From the NCBI GenBank assembly GCA_009914755.4, contig CP068257.2, positions 12,576,001 through 12,640,000 of the forward strand: DNA of 64,000 bases, read 5' to 3'. A model generated the notes under the pieces. That model searched no databases. It was given only the letters and a program-made list of their open reading frames with translations, and had not been told where the DNA came from. The position numbers were made by a program, and so were the translations under genes. This DNA comes from the human T2T-CHM13v2.0 reference genome, Homo sapiens. Positions 14,712-28,590 of the stretch are shown here, in pieces. The stretch's first letter is position 1. Each line of letters begins with the position of its first letter.

Positions 14712-15682
14712 ATACTATTGCCATCTTATTTATAGAATATTTAAAATGTGACATTCTTCTCATTGATTTTACCTGAAATACACTTCATTCTTCTAAATTG
14801 GCCTTTTTTTCCACTTATGGGATATACAAGAACACTCTTTTTCTCATCCATCTCTTTTTAAATTACATCTTATTCACTTTCATACCAACCTGTTCTTTCT
14901 TTGTAGTCTTCTTCTCATATTTAATTAATGTTGAAGCATCTTGTGTCCTGAAGAGAATAATAAACATGCTCATTACTACATTTCTTAAAGTAAGTATTTT
15001 TGGAATTTGCCTCTTCTCCGAAATATCATGATTTGTTCTCTGTTGCTGTATAATACATTTTAATATTCCCTCTTTTATAAGTACACTCATTCCTAAATGA
15101 GGAGAACTCTCCCAGCTGCAGTGTTAACCCAATTACATGAAGTGAGGAATGAGTTTATGTCCATTGAGTTTCAACTGGGGTACAAATCTTATTCTTACCT
15201 GGAATCAGAGGGCTATGGGTGGACCATGGGCTGAGTTCATATGCTCTTTCATTGCTATGAAGGCTTTTATCTGTTTGGGTTCTGCAGAAATTAAATGAGC
15301 TCTTTCTATGTTCACCTCTGGCTTTTTAACATTCCTACCAGATAATGCACATGGATCTGTAAAATCCCCAGTGTGCACCATGAGAGAAGGTCTTCCTGAC
15401 CCCCTCCCTGTTTCTCATGCTTGTTGTAGACATTACATCTTGCAGAAAATAGTAATCTGCCACCACCAGTTTACTTTCAGATGGCCCTTGGTTCCATCCC
15501 ATTTGTATGATAGGAATTTTGGTCTCTAATGTAATGTAGAAAAAGTTCACTTAAAATTTAGATGTTGACATGACAAAGTAGCATCGAGGCAGTAGATCAA
15601 TGGCTGTCAAGGTTACTATTCAATAAAGATATTTGCATTTAGAAACAGGAAGAAAGTCGCAGAGAATCAAGAAAGGATGGCT

Positions 15683-17048
15683 GTTGTGGGAAGTCAGGGA
15701 CCCCAAACAGGGGGACGGGCTGGAGCTGTGGCAGAGGAAACATAAATTGTGAAGATTTCATGGACGTTTATCATTTCTCTAATAATACTCTTATAATTTC
15801 TTACGCCTCTTACTTTAATCTCTTAATCCTGTTATCTTCGTAACAGGTCACCTCAGGACCCTGTGATGATTGCTTGTTTACTTTTGGGATAATTTGAAAA
15901 CAAAATCAGTCTTTGTATGGTATTTTTCCCCCACCTGCTTGGTTTGATTTTTGTTTATTTTATATCTCATGAACAAAAGTGTTATTTAATAACTTCTTGC
16001 CATTTTAAGAACATGACTGTAATTAATTTGCTTCACTCAGCTTCTAAGATAACCACTAGTATAAACAGAATAAAATAAAACTCACAAATTGTACAAACTG
16101 ATTGTAAAACATGTGTGTTTGAACAATATGAAATCTGATTGTAAAACATGTGTGTCTGAACAATATAAAATCAGTGCACCTTGAAAAAGAACAGAATAAC
16201 AGTGATTTTAGGGAACAAGGGAAGATAACCATAAGGTCTGACTGCCTGCCGGGTCAGGTAAAAAGAGCCATATTTTTCTTCTTGCAGAGAGCCTATAAAC
16301 AGACGTGAAAGTAAGAGAGATATCGCTAAATTCTTCTCCTAGCAAGGAATATTAAATATTAAGACCCTAAGAAAATAATTGCATTCCTTGTGGAAGGTCT
16401 ATAAACGGCTGCTCTGGGACTGTCTGTCCTATGTGGTTGAGATAAGGACTGAGATATGCCCTGGTCTCCTGCAGTACCCTCAGGGTTATTAGGGTGGGGA
16501 AAAAAAATCCCGCCCTGGTAAATTTGAGGTCAGACCACTTCTCTGCTCTTGAACCCTGTTTTCTGTTGTTATGATGTTTATCAAGACAATACATTCACAG
16601 CTGAACATAGACCCTCATCAGTAATTCTAATTTTGCCCTTTGCTTTGTGATCTTGTTTTTACCCTTTGCCTTGTGATCTTTGCTGGACCCTTATCAGGAG
16701 TTCCTGATTTTGTCCTTGCCCTATTTCCTCGGAAGCATGTGATCTTTGCTCTGCCTTTTGCCCTTTGAAGCATGTGATCTTTGTGACCTACTCCCTGTTC
16801 GTACACTCCCTCCCCTTTTGGAATCCCTAATAAAAACTTGCTGGTGTTGCGGCTCAGGTGGCCATCACAGACCTACCAATGTGTGATGTCACCCCTGGTG
16901 GCCCAGCTGTAAAATTCCTCTCTCTGTACTGTTTCTCTTTATTTCTCAGGCCAGCTGACACTTAGGGGAAATAGAAAGAACCTATGTTGAAATATTGGGG
17001 GCAGGTTCCCCTATAGATGGCTTGCTGTTTCCCACAGCTGAACTCATT
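15683..17048 (+). mobile_element. ERV solo LTR (MER11/HERVK11-like class II LTR), interrupted at about 15881-16083 by an inverted copy of flanking DNA
   Basis: Starts tgttgtgggaagtcagggaccccaaacagggggacgggctggagctgtggcagaggaaacataaattgtgaagatttcatggac. It contains a 2x37-bp internal tandem (ctgattgtaaaacatgtgtgtttgaacaatatgaaat) and multiple tgtgatctttg repeats. It has the aataaaaacttgctggtg poly-A signal region and ends ...ggttcccctatag... The family name is from memory and moderately uncertain. Confidence 0.55.
15896..16083. repeat. Left arm of a ~190-bp inverted repeat (about 96% identical to the reverse complement of 17118-17305), inserted inside the LTR body
   Basis: aaaacaaaatcagtctttgtatggtatttttcccccacctgcttggtttgatttttgtttattttatatctcatgaacaaaagtgttatttaataacttcttgccattttaagaacatgactgtaattaatttgcttcactcagcttctaagataaccactagtataaacagaataaaataaaact. 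Confidence 0.85.
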
Positions 17049-17117
17049 GGCCACTTACTTCCATCAGCCAGGCAGTCTCCAGAAAATTCTCCCAGACCCA
17101 GGCAAGATACTACCATG

Positions 17118-17305
17118 GCTGTTGTGAGTTTTATTTTCTTCTGTTTCTACTAGTGGTTATCTTAGAAGCTGAGTGAAGCAAATTAATTACAGTCATGTTC
17201 TTAAAATGACAAGAAGTTATTAAATAACACTTTTATTCATGAGATATAAAATAGACAAAAATCAAACCAAGCAGGTGGGGTAAAAATACCATACAAAGAC
17301 TGATT
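17118..17305. repeat. Right arm of the inverted repeat (reverse complement of 15896-16083)
   Basis: agttttattttcttctgtttctactagtggttatcttagaagctgagtgaagcaaattaattacagtcatgttcttaaaatgacaagaagttatttaataacacttttattcatgagatataaaatagacaaaaatcaaaccaagcaggtggggtaaaaataccatacaaagactgattttggttt. Confidence 0.85.
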
Positions 17306-17510
17306 TTGGTTTCCAATGATCTCAAAAGTAAATTTAAAGTACTGATATTTTCTGTAATTTTCATTTTTTTAACTAGGAAAATCATATAAAGACATGCTAG
17401 GACAATTCATTTAAACATAAAAAATAAACATTTCATAAAAATCACATCAGTGCTGATGACTTAATGGCAGCCTAATATCCTGAAAGTAAACTAATCTGTC
17501 ACCATAGCTT

Positions 17511-17712
17511 TTTTTTTTTTTTTTTGAGACAATCTCCTCTGTTACCCAGGCCGGAGTGGTGCAATCTTGGCTCACTGCAACCTCTGCCTCCTGGGTTCAA
17601 GCGATTCTCCTGCCTCAGCCTCCTGAGTAGCTGAGATTACAGGCATGCACCATGAAGACTGGCTAATTTTTGTATTTTTAGTAGAGACGGGGTTTAACCA
17701 TGTTGGCCAGGC
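17511..17712 (-). mobile_element. Alu SINE, 5'-truncated (about 200 bp), with a 16-bp target-site duplication
   Basis: poly-T then gagacaatctcctctgttacccaggccggagtggtgcaat...gtttaaccatgttggccaggc. Flanked by direct repeats ctgtcaccatagcttt at 17496-17511 and 17713-17728. Confidence 0.9.
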
Positions 17713-20700
17713 CTGTCACCATAGCTTTTGAGGGCTATTTGGTACCTTTAAATCAAATAAACTGGGTATTAATTCTTCTTAACACTCACCTGAAGATTCA
17801 TTGTTTATTAATACTTAAGTCAAGTGTGTAATGATAAGTAATCTGATTGCAGGCACATATACATTTAATTTGATTTATATGGTTACTTAGAACATTTTCA
17901 GAACTTACCATATTCTAGCAGTTCTAAATTCCCTATATAACAGGTCCTTTAATATTTCTTCATGAAATGGAATACCTGAAATCCATATCCATCCCATATT
18001 AAGTACAGAATCATGGACCAATGAAATTTGCATAATTTTATATGCAAAGTGGGAGACAATGATCTATCCCCACGTTGGGGCTAAAGTACTAAGATTGTCC
18101 TAAGTACCTTGTAAATGCTTAGTAAATATGATTTTCCCTCTAGACCACAATAATTATTCCACATTTGTTCAAGAGTTCTATTTGTACTTATGAGAGGGCA
18201 CATGGAAATGGACCAACATTCTGTCAGTACAAACACTGAAAAGCAAAGCTTTGTTCCCCAAGAATGAGAGAACACTCAACAAAGCAGCATGGTTTAACAG
18301 CTTGCAATGTTAACAAAAGGATATTTTACAGTATGTTCAGCTCTCCATATCTCTGTGCCTATGCTTATCCATTGAATCAGATAATTGATATCATCCTTTA
18401 ATTCAGTTATCTGTGCAAGAATCTATTTTAATATTTCTTTACCCTGTAGAAAACAGGATTAGAAGAGGACTATACCTCATTTCCTCAATTTTTAAGTCCA
18501 TTATCTAACTAGCATATTCAGATTGTGAAGGAAAAGTTGCTATAATGTGATACAGCAGGAACAGTGAGTTAAAATTCTTCCTAGCAAATCCAAGGCAACT
18601 ATATTCACATCCTAGAGTGCAGTGATGATGGACATAACTAGATATTCGGTGTTCAACATATCATTTTACTTTATTCTACAGTTTTATCTATGCAAAGACA
18701 ATGTTCGTGTTCTGACTTATCATCTCCTCTGCTACCATGGAGACACCAATGTTTAAAATACTTTACAAAATTCATTTTTGCAGTGAGAAATAGAAGAGCA
18801 ATATATGTTTTACATGTGTCTGAGAATTGTTATATTATAATCCTGCAGCTTTCTGAAAGACAAATAGCAGTTGATAAATACAGAATGGTTATACAGAATT
18901 ATCAATCCTTCTTAGTGGCTTTCAGAAGGCTAAGGAAATCATTTCAGACTTAAGAACTATGAAGCCAAACTAAACACTAATCCCAGAAAAAGACTCCTTG
19001 TCTTGCATTCTAACCATAAGTACTTCCTTTGAGATTTCGTAAAACAAGAAAACAAAAGCAAACAAACAAACAAAACCCTTAAAAACAGGGTTTGGCTATT
19101 AATCCAACTAATTCTTATATGCGGAATTTTTTTCTGATTTATCAAATCCAGTAGAGAGTAACAACCAGTTAACTACACAGTAAGCAAACTCCACTCTGAC
19201 AACCATAATTCAAGAAGCTGTAGACATCAAGCTTCTAGTAAAAAGTACAGAGTCAGGGGCATTCAGTATATGTTAGGACTGATCAATTAACTCTCCTTGA
19301 CCCTTTGCTCTTCTCTCATGATGCTTTTTGTCAAAAATACAGTCATCATCACTTAATCGTGGGGATATATTCTGAGACATGTGTCATTAGGTGATTTAGT
19401 TGTTGTACCAACATCATAGAGTGTACTTACACAAACCTAGATAGAAAGACTAACTACCCACCTAGGCTATATGGTATAGCTTATTGCTCCTAGGCTACCA
19501 CCCTGTACTGCATGTGACTGTCCTGAATACCACATGCAATTGTAACACAGTGGTATCTGTGTATTTAAACATATCTAAACATAAAAAAATACAATAAAAA
19601 TGCAGTATTATAATCTTATGTGGTCAACCACCGTATATGCTGTCACATAGTTCAGTTGTTGACTGAAATGTTGTTATGTGGTGCCTGGCGGTATCTCATC
19701 CATCAACTCTGTGAAGCACACCTGTGTCCATATTCCATCCCCCACCAAGCTCACCCTGAATACCAATCCCTTATACAAAAATGCCTATTGTGTGCTATAA
19801 CTGTGGATATTGAATGTTGTTGATTGTTTGGAAAACAGGGGTGAAAAGCCAAGATTCAAAATAATAGGAAGTTCTGCTTCAAAAACTAAGCACTTCTCCC
19901 TGAATTCCCTCTCAGGAAGGGAACCCTTCTTGAAATGTATCTCAGAGGTGACAATGGACAGCTTTTTAAAAAAACTCCTTTTAATCACACACTTGTGTGT
20001 GCATAGGTATCTGGCTGACACCTGATCATTAAGAATAAAATAGATTATTTTGGTCCACAGAATTTCACAGATGGGTAGTAAAAGTCAGTTGCCAGTTCCA
20101 TTAAATAAATAAAACAACAACAACAAGAACCTTAGTAGAGCTCCTTTATAAATGATTTCTTCTACTACACAAAACAGGGTGAATCACTGTGAAATGTGGC
20201 CAGGTTAATTAATCAAAAGGAAGATGCTTTTATTTGATATTGTTCATTGACAGAATTTTTTTTTCAGAAAAGCCACTTTTGCAAAATATGTAGGAAAAAT
20301 ACTTAATATAATTATAATTCCTTAAGAACTTAAATACATTTCAAAAATATTATCTAAAAATGTGCTACAACTAGCTTAGTCTATTTCTAGTGAAGTGTTA
20401 AAAAAAGAATTAAAGAATTAATCTTAAAAGCTAGCATCTGTGTTTTCATTGTGTAAAATCTTTGTTTAGAAAAATACCTTGAAAAGCCACTAGAGGGCAA
20501 TAATTAGCGAAAAACTAGGAAATGTAAAATGTACCAGGACCCGACAGAAATGAATAGGATGGTGTGGGAAAGAACAAAGAAGAAAAACTGAGGTAAACTG
20601 AAAGAGGAGCAAGAGAGAAGACAATTACAAACATGGTGCAAGACTTCATCCATTATTGGCAGAAGGTGCCACGGGACAGTGTTCACTATTCAGTTTCAAA

Positions 20701-20778
20701 TTTGCAGCAATATCAACCTAGACTGTCTGTCCAGAGCACCAGTAAAGTCAGCAATGCCAGCAAAGGCCTTCTGTGAAT

Positions 20779-20781
<3 letters not shown>

Positions 20782-20831
<50 letters not shown>
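20782..20831. repeat. (GT)25 microsatellite
   Basis: Perfect GT run. Confidence 0.9.
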
Positions 20832-20832
<1 letters not shown>

Positions 20833-22114
20833 GACAATAAGGAAACCTCTGGAGTCGGTATTTGAGTAAACAATGTTTGGAACAGTGCCAATATATTACT
20901 TGTCTTAACTTAGTAGAAGCAAGAGTTTGAAAGTAAAGATGGCTATGGCAATGACTATATTGAGTACTCCTAGAAATCTTGGAGATGCCTTTTAATTTTT
21001 CACAAGACATGAATTTAGGGTTTGAACCAATCTTGTGATCTTAAGTGGCAGGAACAGTTTAGCTATCACAAATTGTAGATTAAACACAAATACACAGAAC
21101 ACTCCTTAATTATTGAGGAAAAGATTAGCACAGGGCTTTTAAGGGGTTGCTGGTTCACAGTGGCAGATAAAACAGTCATATGCATACACACATATATAAG
21201 GCAAATTTTGGCATAAAAAACAACACATATACATGCTTTATTTTTGGCATATATATGTATAGGTGTGTGTACGTGTGTGCGTCATATATATAATATATAT
21301 ATATGTTGTTTCATATGCCAAAAATCAGGCATATAAAACAATAGGAAGTCCCAGAAGAAAGAAGAGCCCAGTACATTTATGTAATACGCTGTTCCTAAAA
21401 GTGGGGGCAGCAATAAAAGTACTCTAGACCCAGAGTTTGCAGATATCAGGAATAAGGAAGTATCCAGGAGCAACTGCCAGTGTGATCTGTTATGTTATTT
21501 GCAGAAGGATCCCCTGGGCTGGTTTTCCTCTGCCCATCTCCTGTGGGATCCTCCTGTGGGGAGCAGCACCAAGGCGCTAGAACTCCAGGTGGATCTGCAA
21601 GAAGTGCATCACACTTACCACTGACCTTAGCAGGTGTTCTTTGTTTTTATTCCATTTATATTTACATTTTTATGATAGAAAACTATACTATTTGAATATC
21701 AATATTGTTACTAATTCTAGGGATGTGGACCAAACAGATAAATGTAATCAAAATGGTTTCATTTTATAAAATTTATTTTTTATTTCTAAGTCAATCATTT
21801 TAATAGGTATGTACTGGTATCTTACTGTGGTTTTAATTTACATTTTCCTAATGAATAACAATGTTGAATATCTTTTCATGGCTTTTTTGCCACCTGAATA
21901 TATTTTCATTGGTCTGTTCAACTCATTTAAAAAAATTGGTTGTTTGTATTCTTAGTATTGGGTTTTGAGAGAATTCTTTTTATATTCTGGATATAAGTCC
22001 ATTATAAGATGTGTAATTTGCAGATATTTTCTCCTAGCTGGTGCTTGTCTTTTCATTCTCTTAACATGTTGTTTGAAGAGCAGAAGTTTTGAATTTTACG
22101 AAGTCTAACATCAA

Positions 22115-23497
<1,383 letters not shown>

Positions 23498-23734
23498 ATT
23501 CTCTTTTAAAGGTGAAAGCTGTTTGCCCTGAGAGAGTACTGGTCTCTTCCTCTCAAGGGGACTATACTGTTCTTATTTGGCCACTGAACTGATGGTTAAG
23601 TACAGTGGGTTAAGAGAACAAAAGGCCTAGAGATGTTACAGGGAATATGTTGTTCCCTCTGCTCATGTTTCTACTCTGTAGATATCCCAAAAGGGATTTT
23701 TTTTTTAAATTTTTTATTTCTATAGGTTTTTGGG

Positions 23735-24045
23735 GGAACAGGTGGTATTTGGTTATATGAGTAAGTTCTTTACTGGTGATTTGTGAGATTTATATTTAGA
23801 ATTTATATTAATAAATATAAATTTATTTATACTATATATAATTAAATCTACATAGTAGATTTATATTTATGTAGATTTCTACTATAGTAGATCTATATAA
23901 GTTATAATATAAATATATAGAGATTTATATTAGATTTACCTAATAATTTATATTATAATAGATTTACACAAATAAATATCAATATATTAATAAATATACA
24001 TTTATTAATCTACATAGTAGATTTATATTTGTACACATATATCCT
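23735..24045. repeat. AT-rich minisatellite-like or low-complexity block built from (t)agatttatat(t) units
   Basis: Repeated ctacatagtagatttatattt at about 23848 and 24008, and many copies of atttatat, tagatttac and aataaatata. Confidence 0.6.
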
Positions 24046-24623
24046 ATTGATTGTATTTCTCTGAAGAACACGGATGAATACGCTACTGATCTTATCATCC
24101 TTCCACCCTCACATTTGCCCATACTTTATACAACCGTTTGGTATTGCTATTTCACTCTTTAAGGGGTGTATCACAGGTTGGGTTCTACAGGAAGCAGACT
24201 CTGTGATGGAGTTTAGCATACAGTATGTTTCCTAGAGAATGCTCTTGGGATCGCCACCAGTGACAAGGAAGAGATGTGAGCAGCAATGGGCAGAGGAAAA
24301 GGTGAAGAGTGAAGGAGGCCACTGCCTCTTCATAATCGGAGCTATCCTGTTTTGCACTGAAGTGGTCTGGTCTTTGTACCCCAATGTCTACCAGTCATTT
24401 ACTGTAGCCACCACAGAAGTGTGTGGCCTTTGGCCAGACTGCTCTTAGCAGCTGAGACAACCCTGTGAGGACTTGGCAACTAAAGGCTCTCTGCTGGCAC
24501 CTATCCCAGCAAACTTTGGGGTGACAAATCCTCCTTGAAGGTTGTCTGGGTGGTGCAGCTTCATGTCCCCCACTGGGTCATTCCCTGATTGCTTTTATTA
24601 CAGATTCTCTCCCTGCAGTTTTT

Positions 24624-25037
<414 letters not shown>

Positions 25038-25348
25038 TGAAATAGAACTTATTGATAGTTTCCCAAATTCTGGCTCCTTCTGGGAAACATCTAACCTCCT
25101 CCTTTTTTTCTCCAGTTGGATCTCTTGAGATTCCTCTATATCACCTTCTTTCCCCCCGGAATTACTCCCTAGCTTGCTTCTTGAAACTAAGTCGGTCTAG
25201 GTATGTTCTTTGAGTTCTAGTCCCCTTTTCTCTCTCATTATGGGTCTAGTTTAGCTTCTGAATACTCAAACACCCTCTGTATCTTGAAGTTTTAGCACTC
25301 AGCCAGCTTGTCCTCTGTTGTTTCTTAGAGCTAACCCTGTTATCTGAG

Positions 25349-25555
25349 TCAGAATCCATCTCTACAAAAAATACAAAAATTAGTCAGGCGTGGTGGTGCG
25401 TGCCTGCAGTGGTGGTGCATGCCAGCTACTTGTGGAGTTGAGGTGGGAGGATCACTTGAGCCTGAGAGATCGAGGCTGCAGTGAGCCATTTTCACCCCAC
25501 TGCACTCCAGCCTGGGTGATAAAAAGAGAGCTCCTGTCTCCAAAACAAAACAAAA
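25349..25555 (+). mobile_element. Alu right-arm fragment (about 200 bp)
   Basis: ccatctctacaaaaaatacaaaaattagtcaggcgtggtggtgcgtgcctgcagt...gaggctgcagtgagccattttcaccccactgcactccagcctgggtgataaaaagag. Confidence 0.8.
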
Positions 25556-28430
25556 CAAACAAAAAAACAGTCCAACTACCAACTATATGTGACTTACAAT
25601 AAACCAACTAATGGAAAAGGAAAGGTATACTGAAATATTGAAAGTAACAAAATATAAAATCATACACCATGCAAACATAAACCAAACAAACAAAAGCTGG
25701 TATAACTTTATTGATATCAGGAAATAGAGACTTTAAAGCAAACATTATTACACACGTGATAAAGAGGGCACTTGAAAATAATTGAAGATTCAATTCACTA
25801 GTTTGAAATAAATTTAATGTTGTGTGTACTTCATATCATATTCTCAAAACACATAAAGGGAAAAGTGCCAAAAGCACAAGGAAAAATACCCAAATTCACA
25901 ATCACAGCAAAAGATTTTACACACTTTTATGCATAATGGAAAAAGCAAGCATACAGACAAATTCATAAGAGATTTAGACAAATTGAACAATGCAATTAGT
26001 GAATTCAATATCTTTGTTTATCTTTCTATATCCATCTGACTGCCACCCCACAAACAAGAACACTGCACAGTTAGAGACGGAAACTTATACAAGGTCATAG
26101 AGCAAGTCATTAAAAATTGTAGAGTTTTAAATCATATGTATATCAAAGGTTGGTAAAATATGGACCAGAGGCCACCTCTAGCCTGCTGCCTCTTTTTGTA
26201 ATAAACTTTTATTGTAATAATACAGCCTCACTCATTCCATTACTATTGTCTGTGGTTGCTTTCATACTACAATGGCAGAGTTAAGGAATTGTGTCAGAGA
26301 CCTAATGTTCCCAAGATTTGGGGTTCTGCTAACTTAGTGATCTTGGTTTCCAAGGGAGGAATGCTTCCACCAGAGATGCTTTAATATGGTTCCATTAAAC
26401 TGGAAGCTGAGCCCACACGTGGCCACTTGGAGCTCCCCATGCTAGTAAATCAACAGGAAAAGAAGAAAATGAATGTTATGGCTGGGAAATTAATTCTGAC
26501 TATCTGGAGGATATGGATTGCTACTACAAAAAGCGCTGAAATAGAAGTAGGTCTAATCCACAGTGAGTTGGTTGTTATTTAATCTGTCCAGTAGATGGTG
26601 CCAAAGTAATATTCGTAGATGATTAGGCATTCTCACAGGCTATTCCAAGATGAAGATTTGTTCCCACAGCCAACCATCCTTTTTTGCCTTGGAAAGGTGA
26701 AGTCTACATTTGCAATTGCTAATGCCAGCTGGACAGCCCCCTGCCTATATATTGAAACTGGATGGTAGTGCTAGTTTTACTTTTGGTATTGAAAGAACAA
26801 AGGTCAAACCATTATCTTAGAGCTTTTATAGCCCTTTACTGATAAGTTTTTACGAAATCATAAAATAAACATATTCTGAAATTAAATCAGAAAGTGTTGT
26901 GAACATGAAGTCAACAATTTACAGTCATATATCATATTTTTAATTTTAGAGGCTATTTGAAAGGTGTGCTCTATTTTAAATTCACACTACATACACTGTT
27001 TTTTCCCAGTGTTAGCCTTTAATCCTAAACAAGAGCACTTGTTAAGTACTGTTTGATCTTTTATAGAGGCTGTTCCATCAGCTGAATAGTCAAGACGCTG
27101 TAAAGGGTTTCAGTTTAAATTTACAAAGCTATACATAATAAAAATCATTTGCTAAGCAAAGTAGAAGAAAAGTCAAAACATAAAAGGATTTAATTGTTTT
27201 TGGCAAAATGGTTGAGAGCACAGACTCTGGAGAGAAAAAAAATCTGGATTCCAATGCTTGTTCTGTATGATCTGGGACAAAGTTCTCAGGTTTTATTCTG
27301 AACCTTTTGTTTCCTCAGCTATATAATGCAGGTAATAATGGTTTCTTCCTCATAACTTTGCTCTAAGATAACATGAGTACAAATCCCTGGGAATATGCTT
27401 AGCATGTAAGTCCTAAATAAATGCTAACAATATTAATTATATTATCATTATTTAACAAATGTTGAACTTTGTGAACTCATGTCTAAAATATCAAAATTTT
27501 AATGTGTAATTTGGACCTTTCATCTACAGTAAATTTGTCTTTTTTGTTTTTAAAATATCTATGGAAACCATCTTTTGTTATAGAATGCAATGCTGTCTTC
27601 CATTTAAATAGCATGACACTGAGTATATTTAATTGAATTTGAATGGATTTCAATTAAATCAGGATTTAAATTGTAAATCAGACAATTTACTCATTCTTTT
27701 CTCTGAATGACACATTCTGGTTCAACAGACCAATATTTATATTCTTGAAAATTTAAATATAGTTGCAAATTTTGTATTAAAATATAATAAATATTTCAGA
27801 ACTCATACCTCATGGATTTCAAATAAGGCATCCTACAATATAGTTCCGTTGATTCTGTAGCTACAATCAGACACGCGTTTTGTTCGAGTTCTAAAAGTTT
27901 GCTCGAGCCAACTTTAATGGGACCACTGAAACTTCCCAACAGTTTCATTTACAGAGGTTGCTGCACCTGTGCTACATTGAGAACACATCAATAAAGCCTT
28001 GACAACTTTGAGACAGCCAATTAAAAAGAGCTCCCCAGAGAATCTCCAATCGGCCTGTGCACTGGGAGGACAGAGTGGAGCCTTGGGAAGTTCCCCCCAT
28101 TTGCAGGGGGAAGGAACCTGGTCCCTCCTCTTCCTGTGAAGTAACCTGGGATTCTATTTGTGAGATGGGGGCCTGTTAACAGGAACCCCTCTTGTTTTAC
28201 TGTATTATTTTCCTTTTTGCCCAATAAATTCCATAATCCCCGCACCCTTCAAAGTGTCTGTGAGCCTAATCTTTCCTGGTCCTGTGACCAGGAAACAACC
28301 CAATTTTTAGCTGAACTAAGGAGAAAGTTTAGTAAGGAAATTATAGTCTACCAAAGGATTAAACATATTTTGATGCAATAATCATTGAAATCTTATTTAT
28401 TATATTGGCATAAAATTATATCAATGAAAA

Positions 28431-28590
28431 AATAGAAGTTTCAGAAATAGACACAATGGATTATGATAATTTAGAATATAAAGAAGTACACATTGAATAT
28501 TGGTGAGCTGAAGAAAGTTCAGAAATAGACACAATGGATTATGATAATTTAGAATATAAGGAAGTACACATTAAATATTGGTGAACTGAA
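28431..28590. repeat. Tandem duplication, two ~80-bp units about 93% identical
   Basis: agtttcagaaatagacacaatggattatgataatttagaatataaagaagtacacattgaatattggtgagctgaagaa is immediately repeated as agttcagaaatagacacaatggattatgataatttagaatataaggaagtacacattaaatattggtgaactgaat. Confidence 0.85.

Noticed and set aside
19320-19810. ~480-bp dispersed-repeat-looking segment (…acaaacctagatagaaagactaactacccacctaggctatatggtatagcttattgctcctaggctaccaccctgtactgcatg…)
   Set aside because: I recognise it as a common ancient interspersed repeat but cannot confidently name the family from memory, so it is not listed as a feature.
20696-21010. 104-aa minus ORF containing HTHTHTHTHTHT
   Set aside because: It is a translation of the (GT)25 microsatellite. 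61934-62170, with (CA)n inside an L1 3' end, is the same kind of artefact.
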